Assembly (NCBI GenBank): GCA_965208125.1
Contig: OZ242320.1
Coordinates: forward strand, 768,001-832,000
Origin: Candidatus Latescibacterota bacterium
GTDB lineage: Bacteria > Latescibacterota > UBA2968
DNA length: 64,000 nucleotides
Direction of reading: 5' to 3'
Made by a program: the position numbers and the translations under genes
Shown: one piece after another, positions 21,071-31,774 of the stretch
Layout of the letters: each line of letters opens with the position of its first letter
Position numbering within the stretch: position 1 is the first letter of the stretch
The notes under the pieces: generated by a model
The model's database searches: none
What the model saw: only the letters and a program-made list of their open reading frames with translations
What the model was told of the DNA's origin: nothing

Positions 21071-21582
21071 GTCAACTCACTCATCCGAAACAACGCGCGA
21101 AGTTCAATACCCTCTTTGGCGAGATTCTCTGTGCCACCGGACTCGCGGTCAATTACACATATCGCCTGTGAAACGCGCGCGCCCAGATTGCGAAGATCCC
21201 GAGTGGAAAGAACAACTTGCCCGCCAGAAGTGACCACATCTTCAACAACCAGCAGATTCTTGCCAGATATATCAACACCTTCGGCAAGTTTACAAGTACC
21301 ATAAGTTTTGGCTTCTTTGCGCACAAAACATGTGGGCAACCCAGACAACTGGGAAAGCATAGTCGCAATGGGCACGCCACCGAGTTCGAGACCTGCGAGA
21401 ACATCTGTATTGTCGGGAATCAAAGGCTGGAGATGCGCGGCGAGTTCGCAGAGAAGTTCGGGACGGGTTTCAAACTGATACTTATCGAAATACTCTGTCG
21501 CAATTGCGCCTGAACGAAGCGTAAATTGTCCGGTCAAATGAGAAGTCTGATAAATGCGATGAGCGAGTTCAGATCGGGTCAT
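21067..21582 (-). CDS. pyrE: Orotate phosphoribosyltransferase
   Basis: GQFTLRSG..YFDKY, FVRKEAKTYG, PRPP motif VVEDVVTSG. Confidence 0.92.
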   Translation of the reverse strand: MTRSELAHRIYQTSHLTGQFTLRSGAIATEYFDKYQFETRPELLCELAAHLQPLIPDNTDVLAGLELGGVPIATMLSQLSGLPTCFVRKEAKTYGTCKLAEGVDISGKNLLVVEDVVTSGGQVVLSTRDLRNLGARVSQAICVIDRESGGTENLAKEGIELRALFRMSELT

Positions 21583-21778
21583 CGTGTGGAATCTCCATGT
21601 CTAAAAATACTTGTGCTTGTTCGCGGCTTACCGAAGGAAATCCATCTAAGAAATCTTCGAGGCTGTCGCCTGCTTTGAGATGGTCAACCAGTGACTTTAT
21701 GGGTACGCGCGTACCCTTAAAAACAGGTGTGCCCCCAAGAATCTTTTTATTGCAGGTGATAATGTGATCGCATTTCAT
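21569..21778 (-). CDS. DUF433 family protein (antitoxin-like HTH)
   Basis: ILGGTPVFKGTRVPI..L..GDSLEDFL..FPSV. AGGAGG RBS before ATG 21778. Confidence 0.88.
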   Translation of the reverse strand: MKCDHIITCNKKILGGTPVFKGTRVPIKSLVDHLKAGDSLEDFLDGFPSVSREQAQVFLDMEIPHDDPI

Positions 21779-21810
21779 TTTTTGCCTCCTCAATTTCTTT
21801 TATTAAAATA

Positions 21811-23307
21811 TTACGGCTCTATCAACTTATAGAACTCTATCGCCCCATTGACAATGCGGTTGATAACCGCACTCTTGGTCGTATGTCGATTTTCATCATA
21901 ATGTGAAATAACCGTTGCCCCGCTATAATCCCTCGTCGCTGCAATTTCATCGCGAATCGCCATCGGTGTCAACTCCTTCGCCCGAAGCATCGCCAGAGCC
22001 ACCAATCTCAGGGCATCGTATCCCAGCGCACCGCCCCCGTCTGGCGCGACGCCAAACATCGCCGTGTACGCATCAATAAAACGATGGGCGTCTTCACTCA
22101 AATCGCCCGGTGTGACTTTGGACGAGAAAAACGTACTGAAAAAACTCCCTTCGAGAATCTCACCACTCGTGGCAACCAAATCAGCGTTATCCCAACTATC
22201 GCCACCGAGAAGAATCCCCGTAATGCCGAGCGCCTTTGCCTGTTGAACCACCAGTGGAATCTCGGATGAGAAACCCGGCAGAAAAAACACATCCGGTGCC
22301 GACTCCGCAACCGGGGTCAATTGCGCGGTAAAATCGGTATCCCCCTGCATGTAAAACTGCGCGTGTACAACCTCGCCCCCATAAGCAGTAAAATTGTCAA
22401 CAAAAGTTTGCGCCAATCCCTCCGAATACAGAGATCCCTTGCGCGCGAGAACAGCCGCGGTCTTTGCTCCCAAATCCTCGATAGCAAACTGCGCCATCAC
22501 TTCGCCCTGAAAATCGTCTGTAAAAGCCGCCATAAACACAAAATCACCCGCAGCAGTAACCGTTGGATTGGTCGCCGTAGTAGTCACCATCGGTATCCCA
22601 TGGCTTTGTGCGACCGATCCGGCAGCCACCGCAAAAATCGAGCGATTGGGACCCGCAATTGCCGACACCCCCTCTCTGGTAATCAATTCCTCGGCTATCT
22701 CTGCGGCGTGTTCGGGATCTCTTATATCTCCCCGCGACACAATTTCGATGGGCATACCGCGCACACCGCCCATCTCGTTCAATTGCATCGCCGCCAATTC
22801 AGCACCTCTCAGTGTATTGCTACGCGTTGGCGCAGTGTACATAAAACCGATCTTGACCGTAAGCAACGCCGAATGCGCGACACGCACCCTTCCACCTATG
22901 GGCAAATCGAGCACCACCTCATGCCCGCCATTGATCGGAATACTCGACCATGAACCGATCTCTCGCCCATCTATTGATGCACGCGCCTGATAATAACCCA
23001 TCGCATCATCCGATGTAATCTCCACACGCGCCCGACCATTCTCATCCGTCACCCCCGACCACTGATAATCTGCCGCCTGTCCTGCAACAGAACGCGAAAA
23101 TTCCACCTTCGCCCAACTCACAGGTGCGCCGTCTCGAAGCACAGTCGCCACTACCACAGCCTGCGACGCACTCGTCTGCACAGCCAATTTACTCAGCGGA
23201 CGTCCAACCTGCTCTTCTCCATCTACCATCTGCGACTGCATCACCTGCTCGCCGCCACAGCCCCACACCAACCCTATCGCAAACACACAAAAAAAACCTC
23301 GCAACAC
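21811..23307 (-). CDS. Lipoprotein: N-terminal Ig-like domain fused to a LivJ-type ABC substrate-binding domain
   Basis: Lipobox LVWGC. C-terminal ATNPTVT..GDFVF, FTDDFQG, DTDFTAQL, LGGDSWD, LGYDA. Confidence 0.85.
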   Translation of the reverse strand: MLRGFFCVFAIGLVWGCGGEQVMQSQMVDGEEQVGRPLSKLAVQTSASQAVVVATVLRDGAPVSWAKVEFSRSVAGQAADYQWSGVTDENGRARVEITSDDAMGYYQARASIDGREIGSWSSIPINGGHEVVLDLPIGGRVRVAHSALLTVKIGFMYTAPTRSNTLRGAELAAMQLNEMGGVRGMPIEIVSRGDIRDPEHAAEIAEELITREGVSAIAGPNRSIFAVAAGSVAQSHGIPMVTTTATNPTVTAAGDFVFMAAFTDDFQGEVMAQFAIEDLGAKTAAVLARKGSLYSEGLAQTFVDNFTAYGGEVVHAQFYMQGDTDFTAQLTPVAESAPDVFFLPGFSSEIPLVVQQAKALGITGILLGGDSWDNADLVATSGEILEGSFFSTFFSSKVTPGDLSEDAHRFIDAYTAMFGVAPDGGGALGYDALRLVALAMLRAKELTPMAIRDEIAATRDYSGATVISHYDENRHTTKSAVINRIVNGAIEFYKLIEP

Positions 23308-23325
23308 AACAACCTCCTCATACCC

Positions 23326-24162
23326 CTATGTCTCAAGCCGTGCCCACGCAGTCACATGCGGTGGCAAGAGAAGCGGGCGTTTCGACATCCTGATCTCTTC
23401 CCGAATCCGATCTGATAGTGTATCCACATCGACCTCTTCAGCAGTCGCAATTCCAAACTCCTCCATAAGCGGGACCAGGCTGCGAAAGGCGTTGGCAATA
23501 AAATCGTACCCAGCCCACGATTCTGCGCCCCCCAATGGCGCTACAAAATGCAAAACAGGCGCAGGTAAACCGGCATCCAAAAAAGTACCGTGAAGATCCA
23601 TGCCCATTTCAGTATGCGCCCCTGAATGTTGAAACACTGCTATTCCCCATTCAACCAGCTTGTTCATAAGCGGCGTATCTGAACGAGAAATCGATACATA
23701 AGGCGTAAAATCCACCTCCTGAAAAGCGACAATACCCCCCGGGCGCAAGTGCCTTGTGAGCTCTTTCAAAGCATCTGCGGGATCAGACATATACATAAGC
23801 ACAAGGCGCCCAACCACCGCATCGAATTCACCCTCCGTATCCAGAGTTCGGGCATCTCCCGCTATGAACTGGATATTTTCAAAACCCAGTTCTCTCACCC
23901 GCGCCTGGGCTGTCTCGAGAATCGCCGCATTGACATCCACACCCACGACTTCCCCCTCTGCACCGACCAACTCAGCAGCCGCCATTGCAACATCTCCGGC
24001 GCCGCTCCCCACATCGAGAACCCGCATCCCGCTAACCAGACCTGCCTCCTGAAAAAAACGCAGTGTCACAGCCTCGTAAAGTTGTGACTGCTGAATCAAA
24101 CGCTCCGTCTCTCCTTCACTGCGCCCCATCGTATATCTCGGATCGCTACTCGACTCACTCAT
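23326..24162 (-). CDS. Class I SAM-dependent methyltransferase
   Basis: VLDVGSGAG, VVGVD, FDAVVGRLVL, LRPGG. AAGGAG RBS before ATG 24162. Confidence 0.9.
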   Translation of the reverse strand: MSESSSDPRYTMGRSEGETERLIQQSQLYEAVTLRFFQEAGLVSGMRVLDVGSGAGDVAMAAAELVGAEGEVVGVDVNAAILETAQARVRELGFENIQFIAGDARTLDTEGEFDAVVGRLVLMYMSDPADALKELTRHLRPGGIVAFQEVDFTPYVSISRSDTPLMNKLVEWGIAVFQHSGAHTEMGMDLHGTFLDAGLPAPVLHFVAPLGGAESWAGYDFIANAFRSLVPLMEEFGIATAEEVDVDTLSDRIREEIRMSKRPLLLPPHVTAWARLET

Positions 24163-24295
24163 GGTACTTTCTCCTTTTGTGATATTCTCTTTGTGACATC
24201 CTCTGAATTTCAAAAAAATTACAACTTTGAGCAAATAAAAAACACCGTGACAGCCACCCAATAATTAGTTACTTTTTAGACAAATATAAGGAGAA

Positions 24296-27214
24296 ATGCA
24301 CATGTCATCTCGACTATTTTTCGTTCTTTGTCTCTCTCTCAGCATCCCCATTTCGGCCTTTGCCCAACTCAACATTAAAGGCACAGTCAGCGACGAGCGA
24401 GGCGAGGGCCTGCCCAATGCCAATATCATTGTCATCGGCACAACAACCGGCACGAACACCGATACCCAGGGCAATTTCGCGCTATATTTGTCAGAGCCAG
24501 AAGCGGAAACCACCATTGAAGCGCGTTTTGTGGGCTACAAATCCGCCAGACAAACCATTCGCCAAAACAGCGGCCTTGCGGAAGTCTCTTTTCAACTCGC
24601 CGTAGATGTCTTGCAATTCGATGAAATCGTCGTCACAGGCCTTTCCGTTGCAGCCAGCAAAAAACAACTGGGAAATGCCATTTCCACCCTGACCGATCGC
24701 CAATTGGAATCAACCGGTGCCACATCCCTCGACAAAGCGCTGACCGGTAAATTAGCCGGTGCGCTCATCCAGCAAAACTCGGGCAATCCCGGCGGCGGCG
24801 TAACCATCCGTCTGCGCGGAACCGGTACCGTCCTGGGCGATGCCGACCCCCTTTATGTGGTAGATGGCGTCATTGTGAACAACGACTCGCCAGAACTCAT
24901 CCGACTCGGCGGCGGATCGCAAAACCGCCTCATCGATCTCAACCCAAACGACATAGAACGCATTGAAATCGTAAAAGGCGCAGCAGCAGCAGCCCTTTAC
25001 GGATCGCGTGCAAACAACGGCGTCGTGCAAATATTTACAAAACGCGGCGCACAGGGCAAACCCCGCATAAACTATACCTATGGTCTCACAACGTCAAAAA
25101 TACGCAAAACACTGCCAGTAAATCGAGCAACCGTTGACAATAGGGGAAATAAAAATCCCGACGGCTCCGATGTCCAGCGCTTTGACCATCAGGACTTCAT
25201 CTTTAGACGCGCCGCGGGAATGGAGCACTATGCGTCGATTTCGGGAGGATCTGGCAATACCCGTTATTTTGCCTCCGGGTCCTATCTCGCCGATCAAGGC
25301 GTGGTTGAAAACACATTGTTCCGGCGGATCAGTGCCCGAACGCGCATCGACCAGAATTTGTCGAACTGGTTGGCCTTATCTGTGGGAGGAAATTTCGTAT
25401 TTAGCAAAAGCAATGACATCCCCAACGGCGGACTAAATTCAAACTACGGCTCGATGACGGGTTTTATTTTTGGCCCCAACACCTATAATCTCACGCCCGA
25501 CCCCGAAACCGGTACTTATCCGGACGACGGCATTCTCGCCAATCCCCTCGAAGTCATCGATCGATACGATTTCACACAAGAAATCACGCGCTATATTGGA
25601 AATGCACAGTTAAATGCAACCCCGCTATCTGGACTGAGCATCGACTATACCCTGGGCATTGATACCTACGATCAAACGGCCATCGCATTTATTCCTACCG
25701 GTACCTCTGCGCCGGGCCTGGCAAATGGCTTTTCTCGAAGAGCCGTATTCGATTTTCTGCAACTCAACAATGACCTCAACATCAGATACCAGCGGGACAT
25801 ATTTCCCAACGTGCAATCAACCACGCGCATCGGCGGAACCCTGCAATACGAAAAAGGAGAAAACTTCAGCGCAGAAGGCAGAAATCTGAGTCCCGTTGCA
25901 GAAGTCGTATCGAGCGGTGCAAACGTCGTCGCAGGCGAAACCAGAAGCAAAAGGGTCATTTATGGCGGATTTATCCAGCAAACCTTTGGAATCGCCAACC
26001 GTCTTTTTGTCACGGCTGCTGCCCGCATCGACGCCTCCTCGGTCTATGACGCGGATAATCGCTGGCAATTTTATCCAAAAGCGAGTGCCTCCTATCTCAT
26101 TTCAGATACGGGCTTCTGGCAAAATAGCGCACTTCAAAACATCTTTTCAGACTTCAAATTGCGAGCCTCCATAGGCACTTCAGGGGGGCAAACAGCTATT
26201 GGGCCGTATGACCGCCTGACCAATTACAATGCATCCTCTTATGACGGCAACCCCGGTCTGGTGCCCAGCACACAACTCGGCGGAACAATCAAACCCGAAA
26301 GACAGCGGGAAATTGAAGTGGGTGCAGATTTTAGTCTCCTGTCCAATCGCCTGGGTATAGAACTGACCTATTACGATCAGCGCATCGACGACCTGTTGCT
26401 ATTCCGCACATTATCCCCCTCCACAGGTCATTCGCGTGCCCTGCAAAATGTCGGCACCATGGACAATACCGGGTTGGAACTCCTCGTGCGCGCGATTCCG
26501 CTTGCACGCCCCAATCTCCGCTGGGAATCGACCTTCACGTATTCGACCAACAAAAACAAAGTCGATGGCATTGAGGGCGGGCGATTGATTATTCCAAATT
26601 CGTTTTCCCAGGTCTCGGCCATCAACGGCGAACCCCTCGGAGTTTTCTTCAGCACGGCTTTTGAACGCGATGCCCAGGGCAATATCGCAAACGACGAAAA
26701 CAATCTCCCGATACAAGCGGCTGATCGCAAAATTATTGGGGATCCCAACCCGGACTTTACCGCTTCATGGATCAATCAGATCGCCCTGGGACAAAACTGG
26801 TCATTTCGCATGCAATGGGACGCCATCATAGGTGGCGATGTGTTCAATTTTACCAGACGCCTGGCCGCATTGAGCGCATTCGGCGTTTTAACAGACTACG
26901 AACGCGAATTAAACGGCGAACTTCCCTCTGGCTATAATGCGCGGGTCTTCCGAATTTTTGAACAATGGATTGAAGACGGATCCTTTGTGAAATTGCGCGA
27001 ACTATCTGCATCTTATCGCTGGCAGCCCCAATTTTTGGGATTGAGCAGCATTCAATTGAGCCTGATTGGTCGCAATTTGCTTTCCATAGACGATTACAGC
27101 GGTTACGATCCGGAAACCAATATCGCCGGACAGCGCACCGCAGTCCGCGGATTTGACTTCGTAGAAGTGCCCATCCCGCGCAGTATTGCATTTCGTATAA
27201 GTTTGAACTACTAA
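24296..27214 (+). CDS. susC: SusC/RagA-family TonB-linked outer-membrane receptor
   Basis: Signal peptide, N-terminal extension domain, plug (IRLRG, PLYVVDG, DIERIEIVKGAAAAALYGSRANNGV), GDPNPD, SFVKLRE, YDPE. Confidence 0.93.
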   Translation: MHMSSRLFFVLCLSLSIPISAFAQLNIKGTVSDERGEGLPNANIIVIGTTTGTNTDTQGNFALYLSEPEAETTIEARFVGYKSARQTIRQNSGLAEVSFQLAVDVLQFDEIVVTGLSVAASKKQLGNAISTLTDRQLESTGATSLDKALTGKLAGALIQQNSGNPGGGVTIRLRGTGTVLGDADPLYVVDGVIVNNDSPELIRLGGGSQNRLIDLNPNDIERIEIVKGAAAAALYGSRANNGVVQIFTKRGAQGKPRINYTYGLTTSKIRKTLPVNRATVDNRGNKNPDGSDVQRFDHQDFIFRRAAGMEHYASISGGSGNTRYFASGSYLADQGVVENTLFRRISARTRIDQNLSNWLALSVGGNFVFSKSNDIPNGGLNSNYGSMTGFIFGPNTYNLTPDPETGTYPDDGILANPLEVIDRYDFTQEITRYIGNAQLNATPLSGLSIDYTLGIDTYDQTAIAFIPTGTSAPGLANGFSRRAVFDFLQLNNDLNIRYQRDIFPNVQSTTRIGGTLQYEKGENFSAEGRNLSPVAEVVSSGANVVAGETRSKRVIYGGFIQQTFGIANRLFVTAAARIDASSVYDADNRWQFYPKASASYLISDTGFWQNSALQNIFSDFKLRASIGTSGGQTAIGPYDRLTNYNASSYDGNPGLVPSTQLGGTIKPERQREIEVGADFSLLSNRLGIELTYYDQRIDDLLLFRTLSPSTGHSRALQNVGTMDNTGLELLVRAIPLARPNLRWESTFTYSTNKNKVDGIEGGRLIIPNSFSQVSAINGEPLGVFFSTAFERDAQGNIANDENNLPIQAADRKIIGDPNPDFTASWINQIALGQNWSFRMQWDAIIGGDVFNFTRRLAALSAFGVLTDYERELNGELPSGYNARVFRIFEQWIEDGSFVKLRELSASYRWQPQFLGLSSIQLSLIGRNLLSIDDYSGYDPETNIAGQRTAVRGFDFVEVPIPRSIAFRISLNY

Positions 27215-27224
27215 GGGAAAAAAT

Positions 27225-28529
27225 ATGAAATCGAGTCGCCTGTATATTCTCCCGGCATTGCTGCTCTTTGTCACACAAGGTTGCGATTTAAACATAACAA
27301 ATCCAAATCAGGCAGTGGAAGAGCGCGTTTTAACCACCAGTGACGGCATTATCGCACTCGCCATTGGCATGCAACGAGATTACGCGAGTCAGAATGTCGA
27401 TTCATACATTCGTCATCCGGCAATTACAAGCCGCGAATTTGCGGCAAACACGACATTTGCCAACCTCATACAATTAGAGGATGGCCTCAACGCTTTGTCT
27501 GGCGCGAACAGCGGTGTCAGCGCGATCTGGTTCGAATCATATCGCGTCATCGGAATAGCCAACGACCTGATCGAAAACGCGCCCAATGTGCAACTTTCAG
27601 AAGGTACGCGTAGCGGCATCATTGCACTATCTCAACTTTACAAAGCGATGTGCCTGGGATTCGTCGCACAGGCTTTTGAACAGGCACCAACAGATGTACA
27701 GACCGATGGACAAGCTCCTTTTCAGCCGCGGTCTGAGGTATTTGCCGAAGCGATTCGGTTGCTGGACAACGCGCTCCAAACCATCTCAGCCACGCCACCA
27801 TCTACTCAATTCAACGCGGATATCCTGGGACAGGGATTCGATCTCTTAAATACGATTCACGCTTATCGGGCACGCTATAACCTGTTCGCGGGAAATTATC
27901 CAGCCGCACTTGCAGCCGCCAATACCGTCGATCCCTCGGCAACTTCTGTCTATACTTATGGCGCCGACAATCAGAACCCCATCTACAACCAGGTTTTTGT
28001 TGCGGATGATTATGCGCCAAGAGATAATTTCGGAACGCTGGTCACAGACAGCAACGATGCGAGACTTGCATTTTATCTCATGCCAAATGACCGCCTGAGC
28101 AATCCCAACGCCTTGCCGATTGAAACGCTATCCGGCTTTTGGAACACCGCCACATCGTCCATCCCGGCATATTTGCCCGGCGAAATGGCTCTGACAAGAG
28201 CAGAGGCAAACGCAATGATGGGAGATATCACAGGTGCAATCGCCGAAATAGACGCCATCCGCACAAAAACACCCGATCGTGATCCCTTTGGCATTGGGGC
28301 ATCGCTACCACCCTACAGCGGTCCACAAACCATCGAGGCCGTGACAGAAGAAATCTTTCGGCAGCGCAGAGCGGAATTATTCCTGAACGGTACTGGATTG
28401 GAAGACAGCAGGCGTCTCGGTCAACCCGGTCCCTCATCTGACCCCTTTGAGCGAAATCGAAATTTCTATCCCTATGCCGACCAGGAGCGGTTAAACAACC
28501 CCAATACGCCTTCCGATCCAGCGAATTAG
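27225..28529 (+). CDS. susD: SusD/RagB-family lipoprotein
   Basis: Lipobox TQGC, directly downstream of susC, with RAEA and RRAELF..G motifs. Confidence 0.88.
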   Translation: MKSSRLYILPALLLFVTQGCDLNITNPNQAVEERVLTTSDGIIALAIGMQRDYASQNVDSYIRHPAITSREFAANTTFANLIQLEDGLNALSGANSGVSAIWFESYRVIGIANDLIENAPNVQLSEGTRSGIIALSQLYKAMCLGFVAQAFEQAPTDVQTDGQAPFQPRSEVFAEAIRLLDNALQTISATPPSTQFNADILGQGFDLLNTIHAYRARYNLFAGNYPAALAAANTVDPSATSVYTYGADNQNPIYNQVFVADDYAPRDNFGTLVTDSNDARLAFYLMPNDRLSNPNALPIETLSGFWNTATSSIPAYLPGEMALTRAEANAMMGDITGAIAEIDAIRTKTPDRDPFGIGASLPPYSGPQTIEAVTEEIFRQRRAELFLNGTGLEDSRRLGQPGPSSDPFERNRNFYPYADQERLNNPNTPSDPAN

Positions 28530-28540
28530 ACCCTTCCTAT

Positions 28541-28583
28541 AAAAAAAGCAGAGAGCCGTGCAAAATAGCACAGCTCTCTGCTT
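28541..28583. terminator. Hairpin terminator between convergent susD and RND genes
   Basis: aagcagagagc-cgtgcaaaatagcaca-gctctctgctt with a flanking A-run. Confidence 0.7.
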
Positions 28584-28603
28584 GGGAGAAATTTTTTATT
28601 ATT

Positions 28604-31600
28604 TTAATCCGCCGCCTGCACCGGGTCATCCCCCCATCGCTCTGACCTCTGGAAACTCACTGTGGCAATCCGCTTCAATGACCCGCGCAAATCATCCAGC
28701 AAAACGTAAAACAGCGGAATCACAAACAGCGTCAGCGCCGTTGACACAATCAGCCCACCCATCATCGTAATCCCCAGCGGCGCATAGGGCATCCCCATCA
28801 TCGTACTGCTGCCAATCGCCATGGGAAACAACCCGAACACCGTCGTGCAGGTCGTCATCAATATAGGACGAAAGCGATTGTGACCCGCCGCCATAATTGC
28901 CGCCGTGCGATCCATACCCGCCTGGCGCAACCGATTGATCATATCGATCAGCACAATCGCATTGTTGACCACCACCCCAATCAGCACAATCGCCCCCACA
29001 TTCGACATAAAATCCATCGTCGTACCCGTCAACCACAACCCCCAATACACCCCCAAAAACGAAAATGGAATCGAAAAAATCACCGCAAAAGGCAAAATAA
29101 CCGACTCAAACAACACGCCCATCAACAAAAACACAAACACGATCGCCATAATCACGGCAAATGTCATCGCCTGGCTTTCCCGGCTGTATTGCGAATGCCG
29201 CTCGCCCTTGTTCCACTCATAACCCCTCGGCAGCGTGAACCCCTCCATCACCCGATCAACCTCCTGATACAACCCTTCCATATCATCCTTGGTCGTATAA
29301 ACGCGCACGCGCAACCGATTGCGACCATTATGCCTGAAAATATGTCCTGGACCTTTGGCCACTTCAAAAGTTGCAAAACTCGACAAAGGCAGCTTTTCAC
29401 CCGAATCGGTCACAAACATAAAATTCTTCAACTGCACCAGCGACTGCCGGTCGGATTCATCCAGAATCAACTGCACATCCACCTCGTGATCATCCGTCTG
29501 AAACCGCGGCAAAGTCGCACCGCGCAGTTGATATGCCAGCGTGCGGCTGATCCGCTCTGCCGGAATACCGTGCTTTTTGGCCTGAGCGCGGTTCACGCGA
29601 ATGCGAATCTCGTCTTTGCCAAACTCCAGATCGCTTTGCAAACTCGTCACTGATGGAATCTGCTGCAACCGCCGCTCCACTTCCCCCAGCATATCTTCTA
29701 ATTTTTCAAAATCAGGACCGTATAAATACACGCCCACATAGGGATCTCGTCCGCCCGAATTTCTGGATTCTACAGCAACTCGAAATCCCACATAGCGCGG
29801 CACCTCCTTATTCAACTCGTCAATAATCTCTTGTCGCGTCATCCACCGCTCAATGGGAAAACCGATCAAATTGCCTGCCCAGCGATACACAGCATACCAC
29901 CACTCTTGATGGGGATCTTCCTCGAGATTCATTCGCAAATTGATATACCCACGCCGAAAATACGTCATAACATTTCTGATTTTATACCTATCCCGCCGCT
30001 CATTCACATAAACTTCCAGATCGCTCGCAATTTTATCCATCTCTTCCAGGGAAAAATTTTTGGGGCCATACATGCGAATGGTCACGCGATTCGAAGAAAA
30101 ACGCATCTGATCGGTCTTCTTCACGTTCTGATATGGAAAATAAATCGTAGCAAACAAAACCAGCACCACGAGAAACGCATCCCGCCGATGGTGAATAACC
30201 CAGTTCAAACCGCGCCGATAAATGCGGCGGACAAAAGCGATGGATTTTGGATCTGATCTCACCACCACATCGCCAAACCGCTGTGCAGCCAGAGGAATAA
30301 ACAACAGCGCCACAAACAGAGAAGCCACCAGCGCAAACACCACGGGCATCCCAATTTTTGACAGCAAAAACTTCATATCAAAGCTGTCATTCATCAGCAT
30401 CATCGGCAAAAACACCACCACAGTGGTCAAAGTCGCCATCGTAATCGCCAGCCCCACCTCGCTGGCTCCGTAGATAGATGCACCGCGCGGCTCTTTACCC
30501 TCTGCCCGCAAGCGATAAATATTCTCCACAATCACAATCGCATTATCCACCACCATGCCCACCCCCACCATCAACCCCATCATCGTCAACAAATTGAGCG
30601 ACCACCCCATAAAATAGAGCACGGTAATCGTCATCATCACACACAGCGGAATGGACAGCGTAATCAGTGCCGTCATACGCAGAGCACGCAGAAAAAACAG
30701 CAACACCAGCGCCGCAAACAACCCGCCCCAAAGTCCCGTGACTTTCAAATTATCCATCGAATCTTCTATCAGCTTGCCCTCGCTGTAAAACAGGCGAAAC
30801 ACCGCAGGCGTATTGGCCTCAATCTCCTCCATTTTCATCACAATACGCTTGCACAAATCGACGATATTCTCACCCGACTCCTTATACACATCCAGACCCA
30901 AATTGCGCTGCCCATCCACGCGCCATACCCGGTCTCGAGGCGGCGCAGCATACACCACATCTGCCACATCCTTCAGACGCACCTGCACATTGCTATAACG
31001 GCCCTGAACAACAATACCCTCAATCTCCTTCAGGCTTTGATAATGCGCCAGAGATCGCACGTAAAACCGCTTACCCCCCTCCTGCACCTGACCGCCAGAC
31101 AAAGAAAAATTGTCCTGCTGCAACGACGCCACAAGCTCGTGGGTTTCAATACCGTGCGTCCGCAACCGCTCTTGATCCACCAAAATCAAAACCTCCTTGT
31201 TCTCAAACCCCCACACGCTGGTCTTTGCTACACCATCAACCCGCTCAATCGGATCGAGAACATGGGTTTGAACCCATTGCTCCTTATCGACAATATCCTC
31301 TGGAATAGACAGCCCGGTCCAGATCACCTCGGAATCGGTTTCCTGATTCCACGAATACACCTTGATCTGATCGCGCACTTCCTCGGGCAAATCGAGCCTG
31401 GCGTGCTCGAGCCGATCTGCCACCCGAACATACGCCTCTCGCATATCCGTGCCCCGGTGAAATTTCAACTCAACTCCTGCCCACGGATCGCCGGCAAAAG
31501 CGTAAATATCGCTCAGTTCTCTCACCGTACGCATATGCCGTTCCATCGGCAGCGCAATGGTATTAAACCGCTCTTGAACCGACGCATTTTCTGTGGCCAC

Positions 31601-31774
31601 ATCCACCCAAAACCGATTCCAGTCATTGCCCGACGCCCATGCCTGAATGGGAATGCGCCAATAAGCCACCAGCCCAATCACCATCAACCCCACCAAACAC
31701 ATCGTCACAGTCACCGGCCGCGTCACCGAAATCCTGGGCAAAAGCGATGTTCTCTTCTCATTCTTCTCAGCCAT
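28604..31774 (-). CDS. RND efflux permease (AcrB/AcrD/AcrF family)
   Basis: RPVT N-terminus, 12-TM layout, VDNAIVIVENI, VNNAIVLID, RFRPILMT. Confidence 0.92.
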   Translation of the reverse strand: MAEKNEKRTSLLPRISVTRPVTVTMCLVGLMVIGLVAYWRIPIQAWASGNDWNRFWVDVATENASVQERFNTIALPMERHMRTVRELSDIYAFAGDPWAGVELKFHRGTDMREAYVRVADRLEHARLDLPEEVRDQIKVYSWNQETDSEVIWTGLSIPEDIVDKEQWVQTHVLDPIERVDGVAKTSVWGFENKEVLILVDQERLRTHGIETHELVASLQQDNFSLSGGQVQEGGKRFYVRSLAHYQSLKEIEGIVVQGRYSNVQVRLKDVADVVYAAPPRDRVWRVDGQRNLGLDVYKESGENIVDLCKRIVMKMEEIEANTPAVFRLFYSEGKLIEDSMDNLKVTGLWGGLFAALVLLFFLRALRMTALITLSIPLCVMMTITVLYFMGWSLNLLTMMGLMVGVGMVVDNAIVIVENIYRLRAEGKEPRGASIYGASEVGLAITMATLTTVVVFLPMMLMNDSFDMKFLLSKIGMPVVFALVASLFVALLFIPLAAQRFGDVVVRSDPKSIAFVRRIYRRGLNWVIHHRRDAFLVVLVLFATIYFPYQNVKKTDQMRFSSNRVTIRMYGPKNFSLEEMDKIASDLEVYVNERRDRYKIRNVMTYFRRGYINLRMNLEEDPHQEWWYAVYRWAGNLIGFPIERWMTRQEIIDELNKEVPRYVGFRVAVESRNSGGRDPYVGVYLYGPDFEKLEDMLGEVERRLQQIPSVTSLQSDLEFGKDEIRIRVNRAQAKKHGIPAERISRTLAYQLRGATLPRFQTDDHEVDVQLILDESDRQSLVQLKNFMFVTDSGEKLPLSSFATFEVAKGPGHIFRHNGRNRLRVRVYTTKDDMEGLYQEVDRVMEGFTLPRGYEWNKGERHSQYSRESQAMTFAVIMAIVFVFLLMGVLFESVILPFAVIFSIPFSFLGVYWGLWLTGTTMDFMSNVGAIVLIGVVVNNAIVLIDMINRLRQAGMDRTAAIMAAGHNRFRPILMTTCTTVFGLFPMAIGSSTMMGMPYAPLGITMMGGLIVSTALTLFVIPLFYVLLDDLRGSLKRIATVSFQRSERWGDDPVQAAD

